Notes: generated from the sequence alone by a model not told the origin. A stretch of DNA of 64,000 nucleotides from Candidatus Bathyarchaeota archaeon (GCA_963702095.1 OY969706.1:768001-832000), one strand, 5' to 3'. Numbered from the stretch's first letter, positions 8,613-18,471 are shown. Numbers and translations are program-made.

Positions 8613-11600
8613 TCACTGTTTAGGCAAAAGTTCCTGGTACTCCGGGTTGACTGACTCATGTTTGCTTAGCAGTATATTGTTGATTTTCTTCCATTCATCG
8701 CTAACCGACGACCAGTTGGGGCCTCCAACAATGCTTTTCTCAACGTACTCGTGGAGAGCTACTTCTCGCTTTATGGTTCTTCGTCTCCAATCTACTGAGA
8801 TTAAGTTGGAGCGGCGTAGGTATTGGAGGTTGCGTGCCATCTGGTTGGAGTTTATGGGGTAGGATAAGGCGCTGTTTAAGTCGGCGGTTAAGGATTCTAT
8901 TGGGAATTCGTCTTCGAAGCGCAGGCAAATACCTGCTATCATATCCTGCATGAGCTTGGCTGTGCGTGTTACGTAGAATGTGCGTTTGGGCACAAGTACC
9001 TGTTCGATGCGGTAGGCGTTGCGTTTGTAGAACCAAACTTTTACCAACTCAGCCATCAACAGGTATGAAGTCAGCAGTATGGCTAAGGCGACAAAGAATA
9101 GTGGCGGAGGCGGAACAAAGAGGAACAACTCTCCAAGCGGTGTAAAGGGTACTATCAAAGCGAAGGCTATGATGGCTATGCTGCTAATGACAAGGTATTT
9201 GCTTGGTTTGCTCTTCCAGAAAGGTGTGCGTCTGGTTCTAATCACAAACACTACGAGTATCTGGGAGCAGAGGGATTCTATGAACCAAGCCGTCTGGAAT
9301 AGATGCTGCTGGGCAGGCGATATCAAAGCCAAAGGCACAATCGGGATGAACACAAACAGCATCATAAAGAACGTCAAGAAGTCAAACAGTGAACTAACTG
9401 GCCCCAAAGAAACCATGAATCGCCGAATAAAAGCGATATCCCACCGCTTCGGTCTCTCAACGTATTCATCATCCACTCTATCAGTAGTTATGGTTGACTG
9501 GGAGACGTCATAGAGCAGGTTGTTGAGTAAGATTTGGACGGGTAACATAGGCAAGAAACCTGGAGGCAGAAACACTGAGGCTCCGGCGACGCTGAACATG
9601 TTGCCGAAGTTTGAGCTAACGCCAAGCATAATGTACTTCATGGTGTTGCCAAATGTTTTGCGTCCCTCCAAGATACCTTCCGCGAGCACGGTGAGGTCGT
9701 TTCTGAGGAGGATAATGTCGGCGGATTCTTTGGCGACATCCACGGCGTTGTCAACTGAGACTCCAACATCGCTGGTTTTAAGTGAGGGTGCATCGTTGAT
9801 GCCGTCGCCCATGTAGCCGACTACGTGGCCGTTGCGTTTGAGCAGGGCGATTATGCGGTCTTTCTGCACGGGGTTAACGCGGCAGAAAATGTTGGCTTCT
9901 TCAACTATTGCGGTGAGGGCTTCATCGGACATGTTAGCTATGTCGCTGCCAAGCGCTATGCCCTTGATTTCGAAGCCGAGGGTTTCGCAGACTTTGCGGG
10001 TGACGAGTTCGTTGTCGCCTGTGAGGATTTTAAGTTCGATTCCGGCTTTGGTTAGCAGTTGCAGGGATTGCTTTGCAGTTTCTTTCGGCGGGTCAAGAAA
10101 AGCAACAAAGCCCAAGAAAACCATGTCGTTTTCGTCGTTAATCGAGTAGACGGCTTTCTGTTCTTTGAGCCGTTTGTAAGCGATACCTAAAACGCGCAGA
10201 CCCTCAGCACTGTAATCCTGGTATTTCTGCTCGATTTTCTTGCGCGCCTCCTCGGTTAAGTCAGCTACGGTTCGGCGGAGTTCATAGTAAGAACAGGCTT
10301 TGAGGATTTCTTCAGGTGCCCCTTTAGCTATGAAAAATCTTTGGTGCCCCCTCTCCACCACCACGGAGACCCGTCGGCGAATAAAGTCGAAGGGCACCTC
10401 GTCGATTTTGAGCCATTTGGAGGTATCGACGTCTTTGTGTTTGAGTATGGCTTCGTCAAGTGGGCTTTTGAGTCCAGTTTGGAAGTTGCTGTTTAGGAAA
10501 GAGTACATGAAGACTTTCTCGTCTTCTTCGCCCTCCAAATCGACGTTAAGGATAAGTTTGATCTTGTTCTCAGTTAAAGTACCAGTTTTATCGGTGCATA
10601 ACACGTTCATGCTGCCGAAATTTTCTATGGCGGAGAGCCGCTTGACTATAACACCTTTCTTAGACATCGCCATGGCTCCACGGGAAAGGTTGATGGTTAT
10701 AATCATGGGCAACAGTTCAGGCGTCAACCCCACCGCCAAAGCCACCGCAAAAAGCAGCGCCGTCACTACGCCGTCAGTTGTGGGGTTACGAAGAGAAATG
10801 ATGAGGAAAACAAACATGACCAACAGGAAAGTCACTTGCATTATGAGAAAACCGAAGTTGCGAATACCCCGTTCGAACTCGGTTTCAGGAGCTTTTTCTA
10901 TGAGTTTCTTGGCGATTTTGCCGTACTCAGTGGCGCCGCCCGTCTTCACTACCACAGCAGTCGCGGAGCCGCTGACAACAGAGGTGCCCATGAAGCAGAA
11001 GTTGGTCCAGTCAACGATGCTGCTGACTTTTCCTTTAAGAGGTGCAATGGTTTTTTCAACTGGAAAAGACTCGCCGGTCAACGCCGACTGGTTGACGAAG
11101 AGGTCTTTGGCGTTGATTACCCGTGCATCAGCGGGAGTAATGTCTCCAGCAGAAAGAAAAACAATGTCACCGGGGACGATTTGTGATAACTTGATTTCTT
11201 GTTTAACATTATCCCGGATAACGGTCGCTGTGGTGGTGACTGCTTGTTTGAGCAGTTGAGCGGATTTCTCTGCTTTGTTTTCTTGGTAATAGTCCAAGAT
11301 GACGCTGACAAAAATGATCGTTAAGATTATGCCTGTGTTGGCGACTTCACCGAAGATGCCGGAAATTATGCCGGCAATTAGAAGTATGATGACAAGGGGG
11401 CTTTTGAAGTGTGCCAGAAACTCTTTAATTGCGGAGTGCTTGTGTTCTTTGGCTAATTCGTTTGTGCCATAAATTTCTATGCGTTCCGTTGCTTGGTCAG
11501 AGCTGAGTCCCTGAGGGGTAGAATTGAAGCGATTTATTACTTCTTCAACAGGCAGGGTTGCGAGTTCTTCATTTGTTAAAAGGGGCTTCATGTTGGCAAC

Positions 11601-11648
11601 TGGGGAAGCGTTTGAATAGGTGTTGCCGTTCTGAACTGTGTTGGCCAT
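8613..11648 (-). CDS. mgtA: Mg2+-translocating P-type ATPase with extra C-terminal domain
   Basis: TGES, PELLP, DKTGTLT, GDGINDAP, SSNFGNMFS, NNLLYD (type IIIB); probable start MANTVQ at 11648. Confidence 0.92.
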   Translation of the reverse strand: MANTVQNGNTYSNASPVANMKPLLTNEELATLPVEEVINRFNSTPQGLSSDQATERIEIYGTNELAKEHKHSAIKEFLAHFKSPLVIILLIAGIISGIFGEVANTGIILTIIFVSVILDYYQENKAEKSAQLLKQAVTTTATVIRDNVKQEIKLSQIVPGDIVFLSAGDITPADARVINAKDLFVNQSALTGESFPVEKTIAPLKGKVSSIVDWTNFCFMGTSVVSGSATAVVVKTGGATEYGKIAKKLIEKAPETEFERGIRNFGFLIMQVTFLLVMFVFLIISLRNPTTDGVVTALLFAVALAVGLTPELLPMIITINLSRGAMAMSKKGVIVKRLSAIENFGSMNVLCTDKTGTLTENKIKLILNVDLEGEEDEKVFMYSFLNSNFQTGLKSPLDEAILKHKDVDTSKWLKIDEVPFDFIRRRVSVVVERGHQRFFIAKGAPEEILKACSYYELRRTVADLTEEARKKIEQKYQDYSAEGLRVLGIAYKRLKEQKAVYSINDENDMVFLGFVAFLDPPKETAKQSLQLLTKAGIELKILTGDNELVTRKVCETLGFEIKGIALGSDIANMSDEALTAIVEEANIFCRVNPVQKDRIIALLKRNGHVVGYMGDGINDAPSLKTSDVGVSVDNAVDVAKESADIILLRNDLTVLAEGILEGRKTFGNTMKYIMLGVSSNFGNMFSVAGASVFLPPGFLPMLPVQILLNNLLYDVSQSTITTDRVDDEYVERPKRWDIAFIRRFMVSLGPVSSLFDFLTFFMMLFVFIPIVPLALISPAQQHLFQTAWFIESLCSQILVVFVIRTRRTPFWKSKPSKYLVISSIAIIAFALIVPFTPLGELFLFVPPPPLFFVALAILLTSYLLMAELVKVWFYKRNAYRIEQVLVPKRTFYVTRTAKLMQDMIAGICLRFEDEFPIESLTADLNSALSYPINSNQMARNLQYLRRSNLISVDWRRRTIKREVALHEYVEKSIVGGPNWSSVSDEWKKINNILLSKHESVNPEYQELLPKQ

Positions 11649-11949
11649 AAAGCCCACATCCTTGCGTACTGTTGTACGCGTTGTTTTTAGAGGGTTTTCC
11701 AAACATTGAGGCTCAGTAGTCCCTGAAACAAAAAAAGAAGCCGACACTGTGCGGTTTATTTGTTTCGGTAACAATCCATGCAGATAGCCACGACCTTGAC
11801 TTTTTTAAGTTGCTTGCATATTCGTTAAGCCATCCCTAAGAACGATTATGTAGCCGGCGGGTTTTCCCCGCTCATAGCATGAAACTCATTGCAAACCTGT
11901 TGAGGATAGGTAAGCGTTGGCGGAAGTCACTATAGACTGCTATTCAAGG

Positions 11950-12150
11950 GCTAAAAAAACAGTCGATACATGCGTTCACACACACATCCCGACCGCCCCT
12001 GCATAGAGCCATGTTGGGCGTGTGGAGAAAAAAGCCTCTGCCACACCGAAACAAGCGCCAAAAAACGTTTCAACCCCAAAAAGCAATTGCCATCCTTTGC
12101 AGTCTTGTGGCACCCCGCAAACCGCCACACCCACATAAAGACAAAAAAAT
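11950..12150 (+). repeat. Dispersed element family A, copy 2
   Basis: atacatgcgttcacacacacatcccgaccgcccctgcat...gtgtggagaaaaaagcctctgccacaccgaaaca...cttgtggcaccccgcaaaccgccacacccacataaag. Confidence 0.92.
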
Positions 12151-12182
12151 ATTTTACCCTAAAAAAGGTGGTATATTTGAAG

Positions 12183-12932
12183 CTATTTCCATTTTGTGAG
12201 GATTTCTTCGCGTTGAAAGACAGCTTTGCTCAAATAGAACAAACCTATGTCTGCTACTGCTAAGGCACCTGTCATAGCCAATGCTATCCAAAGCGACACC
12301 GCCGAGAACGTGGACCCAAGAATCACCACAAAAATCAGCGGCAACACCACTATTCCACCGAGTTGCTGAGCCGCCCGTATGTCGGTGACCTTGGAAGAGA
12401 CAATTACATTGGCTAATACGCTCATAATACAGCCTAACGGAGTTATGGCGAAAGTCAACAATGCCCAATACGGGTTGGGAATCAATGCGACGCCGATGAG
12501 GCTGGTGGACCAGATGTCGATTATGGGTACGTAGATAGCGGCGGCTATGTAGGTGACGACCATGCAGGGCAGAAATGAAGCTAGGCTTTTTCCTAGCAGT
12601 AATTCGCCGTCGGTGGTGGGAGTTGCGAGGAGTGGTTCGAGGCTTTTTTCGATTTTTTCGCCAACTATGCTATACGATGCGATTATGGAGGGCAGGACAG
12701 CGGGTATCAGCACAAAGTACATGGCGCCCAAGTTTGCAATTTGCACAACGATTTGATATAGTTCTTCTTGTGTCATTTGGTTGGCGCCTGCTGAGATGCC
12801 GAAAGTTAAGCCTAACGGAATAACTACGCCCAGTAAAACGGGCATGGCAATCAGCGAGTAGAACACATATTTGTTGCGTCTGATGATGCTTAGGTCTTTT
12901 TTAGTTACTATCCAAGCCTTTGAAAATCTCAT
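12183..12932 (-). CDS. ABC-2 type permease
   Basis: SIVGEKIEKSLEPLLATP motif, six TM segments. Confidence 0.88.
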   Translation of the reverse strand: MRFSKAWIVTKKDLSIIRRNKYVFYSLIAMPVLLGVVIPLGLTFGISAGANQMTQEELYQIVVQIANLGAMYFVLIPAVLPSIIASYSIVGEKIEKSLEPLLATPTTDGELLLGKSLASFLPCMVVTYIAAAIYVPIIDIWSTSLIGVALIPNPYWALLTFAITPLGCIMSVLANVIVSSKVTDIRAAQQLGGIVVLPLIFVVILGSTFSAVSLWIALAMTGALAVADIGLFYLSKAVFQREEILTKWK

Positions 12933-13858
12933 TGTGTTGGAACCTCCCGAATCAGTTTTAAGTAGACATCTTCAAGCGTTGACCGCAACTCCGTCACGTA
13001 CTGCACGTTGCCGCCTGCCAAAACAATCGCCCGAACCACCACAGGGTTATCAACCTCAGGATCATCCATGTCCAAAATCAACTTGTTGTCTTGGGTGCGG
13101 ACAGCTTTAACAGAGCCAATATTTTTCACGGCCTCCAAAACCGGGTCTGAAACCTCCTTTAGATGCACGATGGTTTTGCGGCTGTAGAGGCTGCGTTCCA
13201 GATTCTTAGGTGAATCAACCGCGATGAGTTTGCCTTTGAGGATGGCGATGCGGTCGCAGAGCCGTTCAGCCTCGTTTAAGTTGTGGGTGTTTAGGAATAT
13301 GGTGCGTTTCTCTTTTTTGAGCTGTATAATGAAGTCTCGAACGGTTTTAGAGGCTTCAGGATCAAGGTTCGCCGTGGGTTCGTCGAGGAATACCACTTGG
13401 GGGTCATGGATGAGTGCGCGTGCTATGGCGATTTTCTGTTTCATGCCTTTGCTGAACCCTGCGACTGCATCTTCTCGGCGATCCCAAATCCCCAGAGCCT
13501 TAAGCAGACGCTCGATGTTCTCCCTGCGGGTGGCTTCTGGGACGTCATAGAGTTGACCATAGAAATCGAGGTTGCGATATGCACTTAAGCTTTCGTATAA
13601 GCCTACGTTTTCTGGGAGGAAACCAATGATTTTTCTGATTTTGAGGCAGTCGTCGGGGTTGCTTATGCTGTAGCCGCCAATGGATGCGTCTCCGCTGGTT
13701 TTGCCTATGAGGCAGCAGAGCATGCGTATGGTTGTGGTTTTGCCTGCGCCGTTTGGACCCAGGAAACCGAAGACTTCTCCTTTTTCAACGTGGAAGGATA
13801 CGTTGTCTACGGCTGTTAGGTTGCCGAAGGTTCTGGTGAGGTTGTTTGTGTCTATCAT
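12929..13858 (-). CDS. ABC-2 type ATPase
   Basis: GPNGAGKTT, FSKGMKQ, LDEPT, C-terminal TLEDVYL. Confidence 0.92.
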   Translation of the reverse strand: MIDTNNLTRTFGNLTAVDNVSFHVEKGEVFGFLGPNGAGKTTTIRMLCCLIGKTSGDASIGGYSISNPDDCLKIRKIIGFLPENVGLYESLSAYRNLDFYGQLYDVPEATRRENIERLLKALGIWDRREDAVAGFSKGMKQKIAIARALIHDPQVVFLDEPTANLDPEASKTVRDFIIQLKKEKRTIFLNTHNLNEAERLCDRIAILKGKLIAVDSPKNLERSLYSRKTIVHLKEVSDPVLEAVKNIGSVKAVRTQDNKLILDMDDPEVDNPVVVRAIVLAGGNVQYVTELRSTLEDVYLKLIREVPTQ

Positions 13859-13937
13859 GGTTTAGCCTCCTGTGTGAGTGATGGATTATTGGAATCTGCA
13901 AATAACTATTTAAGCTAGGCGAAACCGTTTTCAATTT

Positions 13938-14459
13938 ATGAAATTGGTAAAATTGTTAGATAAAGAAAGCGAAAAACTCGTCGCCGACCCCACCAACCAA
14001 ATCATCCTAAAAGAACTCGTAACCGCCCAACACTCCATCTCCGAACTCTCAGCCCAAATAAACATCCCCACCCTCAAACTCTGGCGCAGAATACAAAAGC
14101 TCCAAAAAGCCAACCTCGTCGAAGTCACCTCAACCCAAAAAGTCGGCAACCTCGAGAAAAAATTCTACCGCTCAACCGCCACATGGTATGCACCCCAACA
14201 ATACTTCAACTTCAAACCCAAAAACCCCAACCTAAAAGAAGCCTACGAAATCTACACAAACATACAAAACAACATGATGGCACGGCTATCCACCTTCAAC
14301 GATGTACCCAAAGACGCTGACCCAGTCGATTTTTCACTGTTCGCCAACATGCTTGTATTCGCCGAAGTCTGCAGTAAACCTGAAGTGCAAGAAAAAATCG
14401 TTAACCTAAAAGAAATACTGGCAAAATTCAATCTGGAACGGGCTAAGCAAGTTTTTTAG
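13938..14459 (+). CDS. Winged-helix (ArsR-like) transcriptional regulator
   Basis: DPTNQIILKEL...SISELSAQI...LWRRIQKLQKANLV...EKKFY; divergent from ABC operon. Confidence 0.82.
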   Translation: MKLVKLLDKESEKLVADPTNQIILKELVTAQHSISELSAQINIPTLKLWRRIQKLQKANLVEVTSTQKVGNLEKKFYRSTATWYAPQQYFNFKPKNPNLKEAYEIYTNIQNNMMARLSTFNDVPKDADPVDFSLFANMLVFAEVCSKPEVQEKIVNLKEILAKFNLERAKQVF

Positions 14460-14824
14460 GTTTTCTCGTACTTTGAGTCTTCAATCCGCTTCTGCTCCAG
14501 CTCTGCCTCCGCCATTTGGGGCTCGGGCGGTTTCTGCGGTTGTTCTTGGAGCGGCGAGTTGAGGGGCGCTTTTGAGTAGGCGTTCATGAAGCTTGTTTTA
14601 CCACATGCGGGGCACGTTAGTTGCTTGTAGGGGCCGATGTGGATGCCGCTGAACATGCGGGAGGCGTCAAAGACTGCGCTGCATTTTGGGCATTTGGCAC
14701 GCATAAACCCGGGGTTTCGTATTGTGTAAATGCGGAAAATAACTACGATAACAACTACTATAGCGACTATGACTAACCCAACATAGGGGTTGTTGAGTGC
14801 ATCACTGAGGGGGTGAGCAGCCAT
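14456..14824 (-). CDS. Membrane-anchored zinc-ribbon protein
   Basis: TM helix, CPKC...CPACG, C-terminal ELEQKRIEDSKYEK. Confidence 0.75.
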   Translation of the reverse strand: MAAHPLSDALNNPYVGLVIVAIVVVIVVIFRIYTIRNPGFMRAKCPKCSAVFDASRMFSGIHIGPYKQLTCPACGKTSFMNAYSKAPLNSPLQEQPQKPPEPQMAEAELEQKRIEDSKYEKT

Positions 14825-14831
14825 CTTGATC

Positions 14832-15095
14832 TCAGGGCTTCTCGTACTTTGATTCTTCGATGCGTTTGGCTTCGAGTTCTTCCTCAGTTAACTGCGTCGG
14901 CTCAGCCTGCTGCTTTGCTTCTTCGGGAGGCCACGTGATGGGGTCTTTGACTGAACTGTAAATGTTTAGCCAGCTTCTTTTTCCGCAGGCGGGGCATTTA
15001 ACGTAATGTAGCGGTCCCACATGGGGCGCTATTGCTGCCGAGCCCAGTCCCTGTTCGAAGACGGCTCCGCATTTTTTGCATTTTACCCTTGTCAT
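14832..15095 (-). CDS. Soluble zinc-ribbon protein, paralog of 14456-14824
   Basis: CKKC...CPACG, C-terminal ELEAKRIEESKYEK. Confidence 0.75.
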   Translation of the reverse strand: MTRVKCKKCGAVFEQGLGSAAIAPHVGPLHYVKCPACGKRSWLNIYSSVKDPITWPPEEAKQQAEPTQLTEEELEAKRIEESKYEKP

Positions 15096-15209
15096 TTTGA
15101 ATCGCTATGTACCTTCAATCCTTAACTTTTAAACTCTTCCAAAACAAAACTGAAAAACAGAGGCGGCGTTGCAGTACAGTTTTTTTAGCTGCACACACAT
15201 TGGTTGGTT

Positions 15210-16460
15210 ATGTCGCCCAATCTAGTTTGGCAACGCCAACTACTCCCAAACGGCTTAACAGTAATAGTTTACCCACGTCCATCAGCGAACACCACTCAGA
15301 TGTCTCTTAGCGTCCGGTATGGGTCGAATCAGGAGCCCAAAGAAGCCGCTGGAACCGCACATTTCCTTGAACACATGCTTGCAGGCGGCTCAACACATCG
15401 AATATACCTGTCAAGAGGCATAGAAGATTGGGGCGGCATACTGGACTTCTACACTGACCGCGAACAAGTAACTGCTTCACTCGATGTGTTGCCAGACAAA
15501 GCAGCCGACGCAGCAGAGGTAATTGCAGAGTTGTTCTTCGGCGAAAGCTTTGAAGAGGACAAATTTGAGTTGGAACGCAAAATCATCCAAAACGAGCTGG
15601 CAGAAGTAGCTGATGACCCAGCGGTTAAAGTTGAAGAGTTGCTGCTTGAGAACCTCTTTAGGCATCACCCGATTCGGCGTCCAGTCGGCGGCTACAGCAG
15701 AACCGTTAAAAAACTATCCCTAACCCAGTTGACAGCCGAGTACAAGGGCAATTATGTCCCAGAAAACATGGCGCTGGTACTGTCAGGCAACATAAGCCAA
15801 GAGAACCAAAAAAAGGTTTTAGCCCACTTCGAAAAAGTAGCGGATACAGATTTTGCACCTAAAAAACTGATGTCGATTGAAGGGGGCAAGCCCAAATCAG
15901 TTGCGGTGGAAGAAAAATCAGGCATAACCCAAACCTACCTGAGCATCGGCGCAAAAACCGTGCCCTCAACGCATAAAGATGCTCCAGCATTGGATTTGAT
16001 CAGTAACTTGCTAGGCGGAGGCACCAGTTCCAGACTCTTCATTGAGTTGCGGGAGAAAAACGCGGTTACATACGATGTTTCAGCTGCGCATTGCAAGGGT
16101 TCCGACTTCGGCTATTTGAGTGTGAGTTGTGCGGTTGGCAGGGGTAAAGCTGAGAAGGCGAGGGCGCTCATACACAAAGAATTCGTCGGTTTGGGGGCGA
16201 TTTTGGTTTCTGCGGTGGAGTTGGAGAAGGCTAAGCAGATTATGTTGGGCGGCGTACTCAGGGGTATGGATAACCCGCATGACGCCACAGAAATCATCGA
16301 GTACATGGAGATGCAGTTCCAAAATGAGCATGCCCTCAAAAGCTACCTCGAAAAGGTCAGAGCGGTCACCGCTTCGGACATAAAAAACGCTGCAAACCAA
16401 TACTTGAGCCAAGAATGCCTCTGTACAGCCATATTAAACCCCATAAAGCAGACAGGCTAA
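15210..16460 (+). CDS. M16 family (pitrilysin-like) zinc peptidase
   Basis: GTAHFLEH (HxxEH), SSRLFIELREK. Confidence 0.9.
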   Translation: MSPNLVWQRQLLPNGLTVIVYPRPSANTTQMSLSVRYGSNQEPKEAAGTAHFLEHMLAGGSTHRIYLSRGIEDWGGILDFYTDREQVTASLDVLPDKAADAAEVIAELFFGESFEEDKFELERKIIQNELAEVADDPAVKVEELLLENLFRHHPIRRPVGGYSRTVKKLSLTQLTAEYKGNYVPENMALVLSGNISQENQKKVLAHFEKVADTDFAPKKLMSIEGGKPKSVAVEEKSGITQTYLSIGAKTVPSTHKDAPALDLISNLLGGGTSSRLFIELREKNAVTYDVSAAHCKGSDFGYLSVSCAVGRGKAEKARALIHKEFVGLGAILVSAVELEKAKQIMLGGVLRGMDNPHDATEIIEYMEMQFQNEHALKSYLEKVRAVTASDIKNAANQYLSQECLCTAILNPIKQTG

Positions 16461-16511
16461 AGTCGCCATAAAAAAGGGGAGAGACGCCAAGCCGTTTTTT
16501 TATATGCAAAA

Positions 16512-17285
16512 TTAGTGTTTCTTCATGAGGGTAAATATTGCAACGATCATGGCGACTATGCTTATCCCAAGTGCAAGGACTACCGTTGTGTTATCTGCTG
16601 GTTCACCGTCTGCTCCGACTGCACCGGTTGCTCCGGTTGCGCCTGTTATTCCTGTGGGGCCAGTGAAGTCTGGGACGGCGATTGTTGCGTTGGCTGTTGT
16701 GGTGGAGGTTGAAGCGACAAGAGTATAGGAACCGCTTATGCTTGTGGGGATGATGACTGTGCTGGTAAAGTTGCCTTCCGAGTCAGTTGTGATGTTGTCT
16801 AGGAACGTGTAGGCAGTGGTTGTGGAGGTGTCGTTTAATTGTAAGGTTAGGGTTTGGTTGGCGTTGAATCCGCTTCCGCTGACTGCCATGATGTTGCTGT
16901 CGTCTGGAGTGGCTGATAACGTTGCTGCGCCTGAGATGGTGTATTCGGTGAATGCATCGACGTTTGTTGTCTGCGCGGTTACGTTGTAGGTTCCGTAGAA
17001 TCCTGATGGCAAAGTAACGTTGGCTGTGAATGCGCCTGCATCATCGGTGGTTATGGTCTCGGTGAAGTTGTACAGGTTTGAGTTGTCGGTTTCATTTAGC
17101 ATAAAGAGGGTCAGGTTTTCTGTGGGGTCAAATCCGCTGCCGCTTAAGGTGATGGCGTTGCTGGTGGAGGTTGCGGTTGCCGTCAGGGTTCCTGTTGTGG
17201 CTGCGTTGGCGACTGAGAGGTATGCGATTACTAATACACTGCATAGCATCAGTACGGTGAATGCTGTTTTGTTTTGGTGGATCAT
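16512..17285 (-). CDS. Secreted T/S-rich surface protein with two internal repeats and short collagen-like stalk
   Basis: Repeated SGSGF...ITTD.G.FT; GPTGITGATGATGAVGADGEP; C-terminal TM + KKH. Confidence 0.8.
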   Translation of the reverse strand: MIHQNKTAFTVLMLCSVLVIAYLSVANAATTGTLTATATSTSNAITLSGSGFDPTENLTLFMLNETDNSNLYNFTETITTDDAGAFTANVTLPSGFYGTYNVTAQTTNVDAFTEYTISGAATLSATPDDSNIMAVSGSGFNANQTLTLQLNDTSTTTAYTFLDNITTDSEGNFTSTVIIPTSISGSYTLVASTSTTTANATIAVPDFTGPTGITGATGATGAVGADGEPADNTTVVLALGISIVAMIVAIFTLMKKH

Positions 17286-17680
17286 TGGGTTTGCTCCTTG
17301 ATTTTAAGGGTGCCCAAAGAACGGTAATAAGAATTTTTCAAAATATCCTCCCAATAACGACTAAATGCTGCCCAAATTCAGCCCTAATTCCATAGGAGGA
17401 TTTAGTCTAGAAATAGTTGATGAATGATAAACAGGTTAAGTTGAGGTGCCGTTTGGCAAACTGCCCAGCAAACATGAAAGGATGCCCAAAAACGCACATT
17501 TGGGAGCCTAAGCCCCATAGTGCAATAGTCGGAACAGAGCCTTAGCACATCAGCAGGCCCATCTGCCAAACGACTCGTTTCTTTCGGCAAATACTCTACT
17601 TGTTTTTTAGAAAATAAGAATATGTGATTGCAACACAACAATCACACAAGCAGAGGGCAAGGTCACGTATGGTTTTCTCT

Positions 17681-17840
17681 ATTTCCCTTATTTATGGGCG
17701 AACAACATTTTTTTTATTGTTAGATGAAAATCGAGTGCTCTCTGCTCATCTTCTTCTTGCGGGCTTGGTTGGCGGCTGCTTTTTTTGTTCTGCAACGGGT
17801 TTGTGTTGCTTGCTGGTTGTGTAGCAAACCTCGGCAGGAC
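17681..17840. repeat. Dispersed element family B, copy 1
   Basis: tattgttagatgaaaa...tgctcatcttcttcttgcgggcttggttggcggctg...gctggttgtgtagcaaacctc aligns with 59056-59228. Confidence 0.8.
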
Positions 17841-18014
17841 CTTTGGTTCTACTGGTTAGGCTCAATGGATGCAGACGCGAAACAGGCAGAGCAGGCGTTT
17901 GCTGGCGCCCAAACAAACAGGCGCACCGCCACCAACCCCAACAAGCAACCTTCACCTACAAAGAAACGTCACAAACAAAAAGGACAAACAACCAACTTTC
18001 TATAGTTAACGCCT

Positions 18015-18452
18015 TTATTTGGTGGTGCTGCATTTGTGGCAAATTCCATATATATCCATGCGTTGCCCAGTGGGCTTGAATTTTGTGGATGCAGTAACTT
18101 TTCTTGTTATTTCTTTTATCGTCATATCGTCTAAGTCTGTGATGCTGCCGCAGTTCAGGCAAACCAAATTTATGTGGGGACTCATGTATGAATCAAACCT
18201 TGCCTGTCCTTTGGGAAAATTTATTTCCTGAACCAAATCTAAATCCCTAAGGACTTCCAAAGTCTTGTAGACAGTGGCCAAGCTTACAGTAGGATGGATT
18301 TTCTTGACTTTGTCGTAGACTTGTTGGGCTGAGGGGTGGGCTCGGCTGTTGAGTGCAATTCGGCAGATGGCTATTCTCTGTGGAGTTGCCTTGTACCCTT
18401 TACTTCGTAGGGCTTCAATCGCGGAGGCGTCTGATTTAAGAGAGTCAGTCAT
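18015..18452 (-). CDS. perR: Fur family regulator, PerR-like
   Basis: TPQR, HPSA, SLATVYKTL, HINLVCLNC, C-terminal CHKC; divergent from katG. Confidence 0.85.
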   Translation of the reverse strand: MTDSLKSDASAIEALRSKGYKATPQRIAICRIALNSRAHPSAQQVYDKVKKIHPTVSLATVYKTLEVLRDLDLVQEINFPKGQARFDSYMSPHINLVCLNCGSITDLDDMTIKEITRKVTASTKFKPTGQRMDIYGICHKCSTTK

Positions 18453-18457
18453 ACAAA

Positions 18458-18471
18458 TTATTAGTTAATAA
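18458..18471. promoter_or_regulatory. Candidate Fur/PerR operator
   Basis: ttatta-gt-taataa inverted repeat in the perR-katG divergent intergenic region. Confidence 0.4.

Noticed and set aside
10300-11259. 319-aa ORF antisense to mgtA and similar shadow ORFs
   Set aside because: Antisense frame of well-supported genes, no motifs
11775-11945. M-box (ykoK) riboswitch upstream of mgtA
   Set aside because: Conserved M-box sequence blocks not found; only an isolated gcggg-gaaaa-cccgc hairpin
11951-12263. Recurring small ORFs over family A (LWHPANRHTHIK, MWVWRFAGCH, VAPRKPPHPHK; also ~1.4k, 20.9k, 40.1k, 51.0k)
   Set aside because: Similarity appears in all frames, with frame-breaking indels and different starts/stops between copies; DNA-level repeat
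16600-16665. 9-nt quasi-tandem repeat
   Set aside because: Explained by Gly-X-Y collagen-like codons in the CDS
17624-17824. Family B as a small protein family (with 59011-59214)
   Set aside because: N-termini unrelated and substitutions mostly non-synonymous
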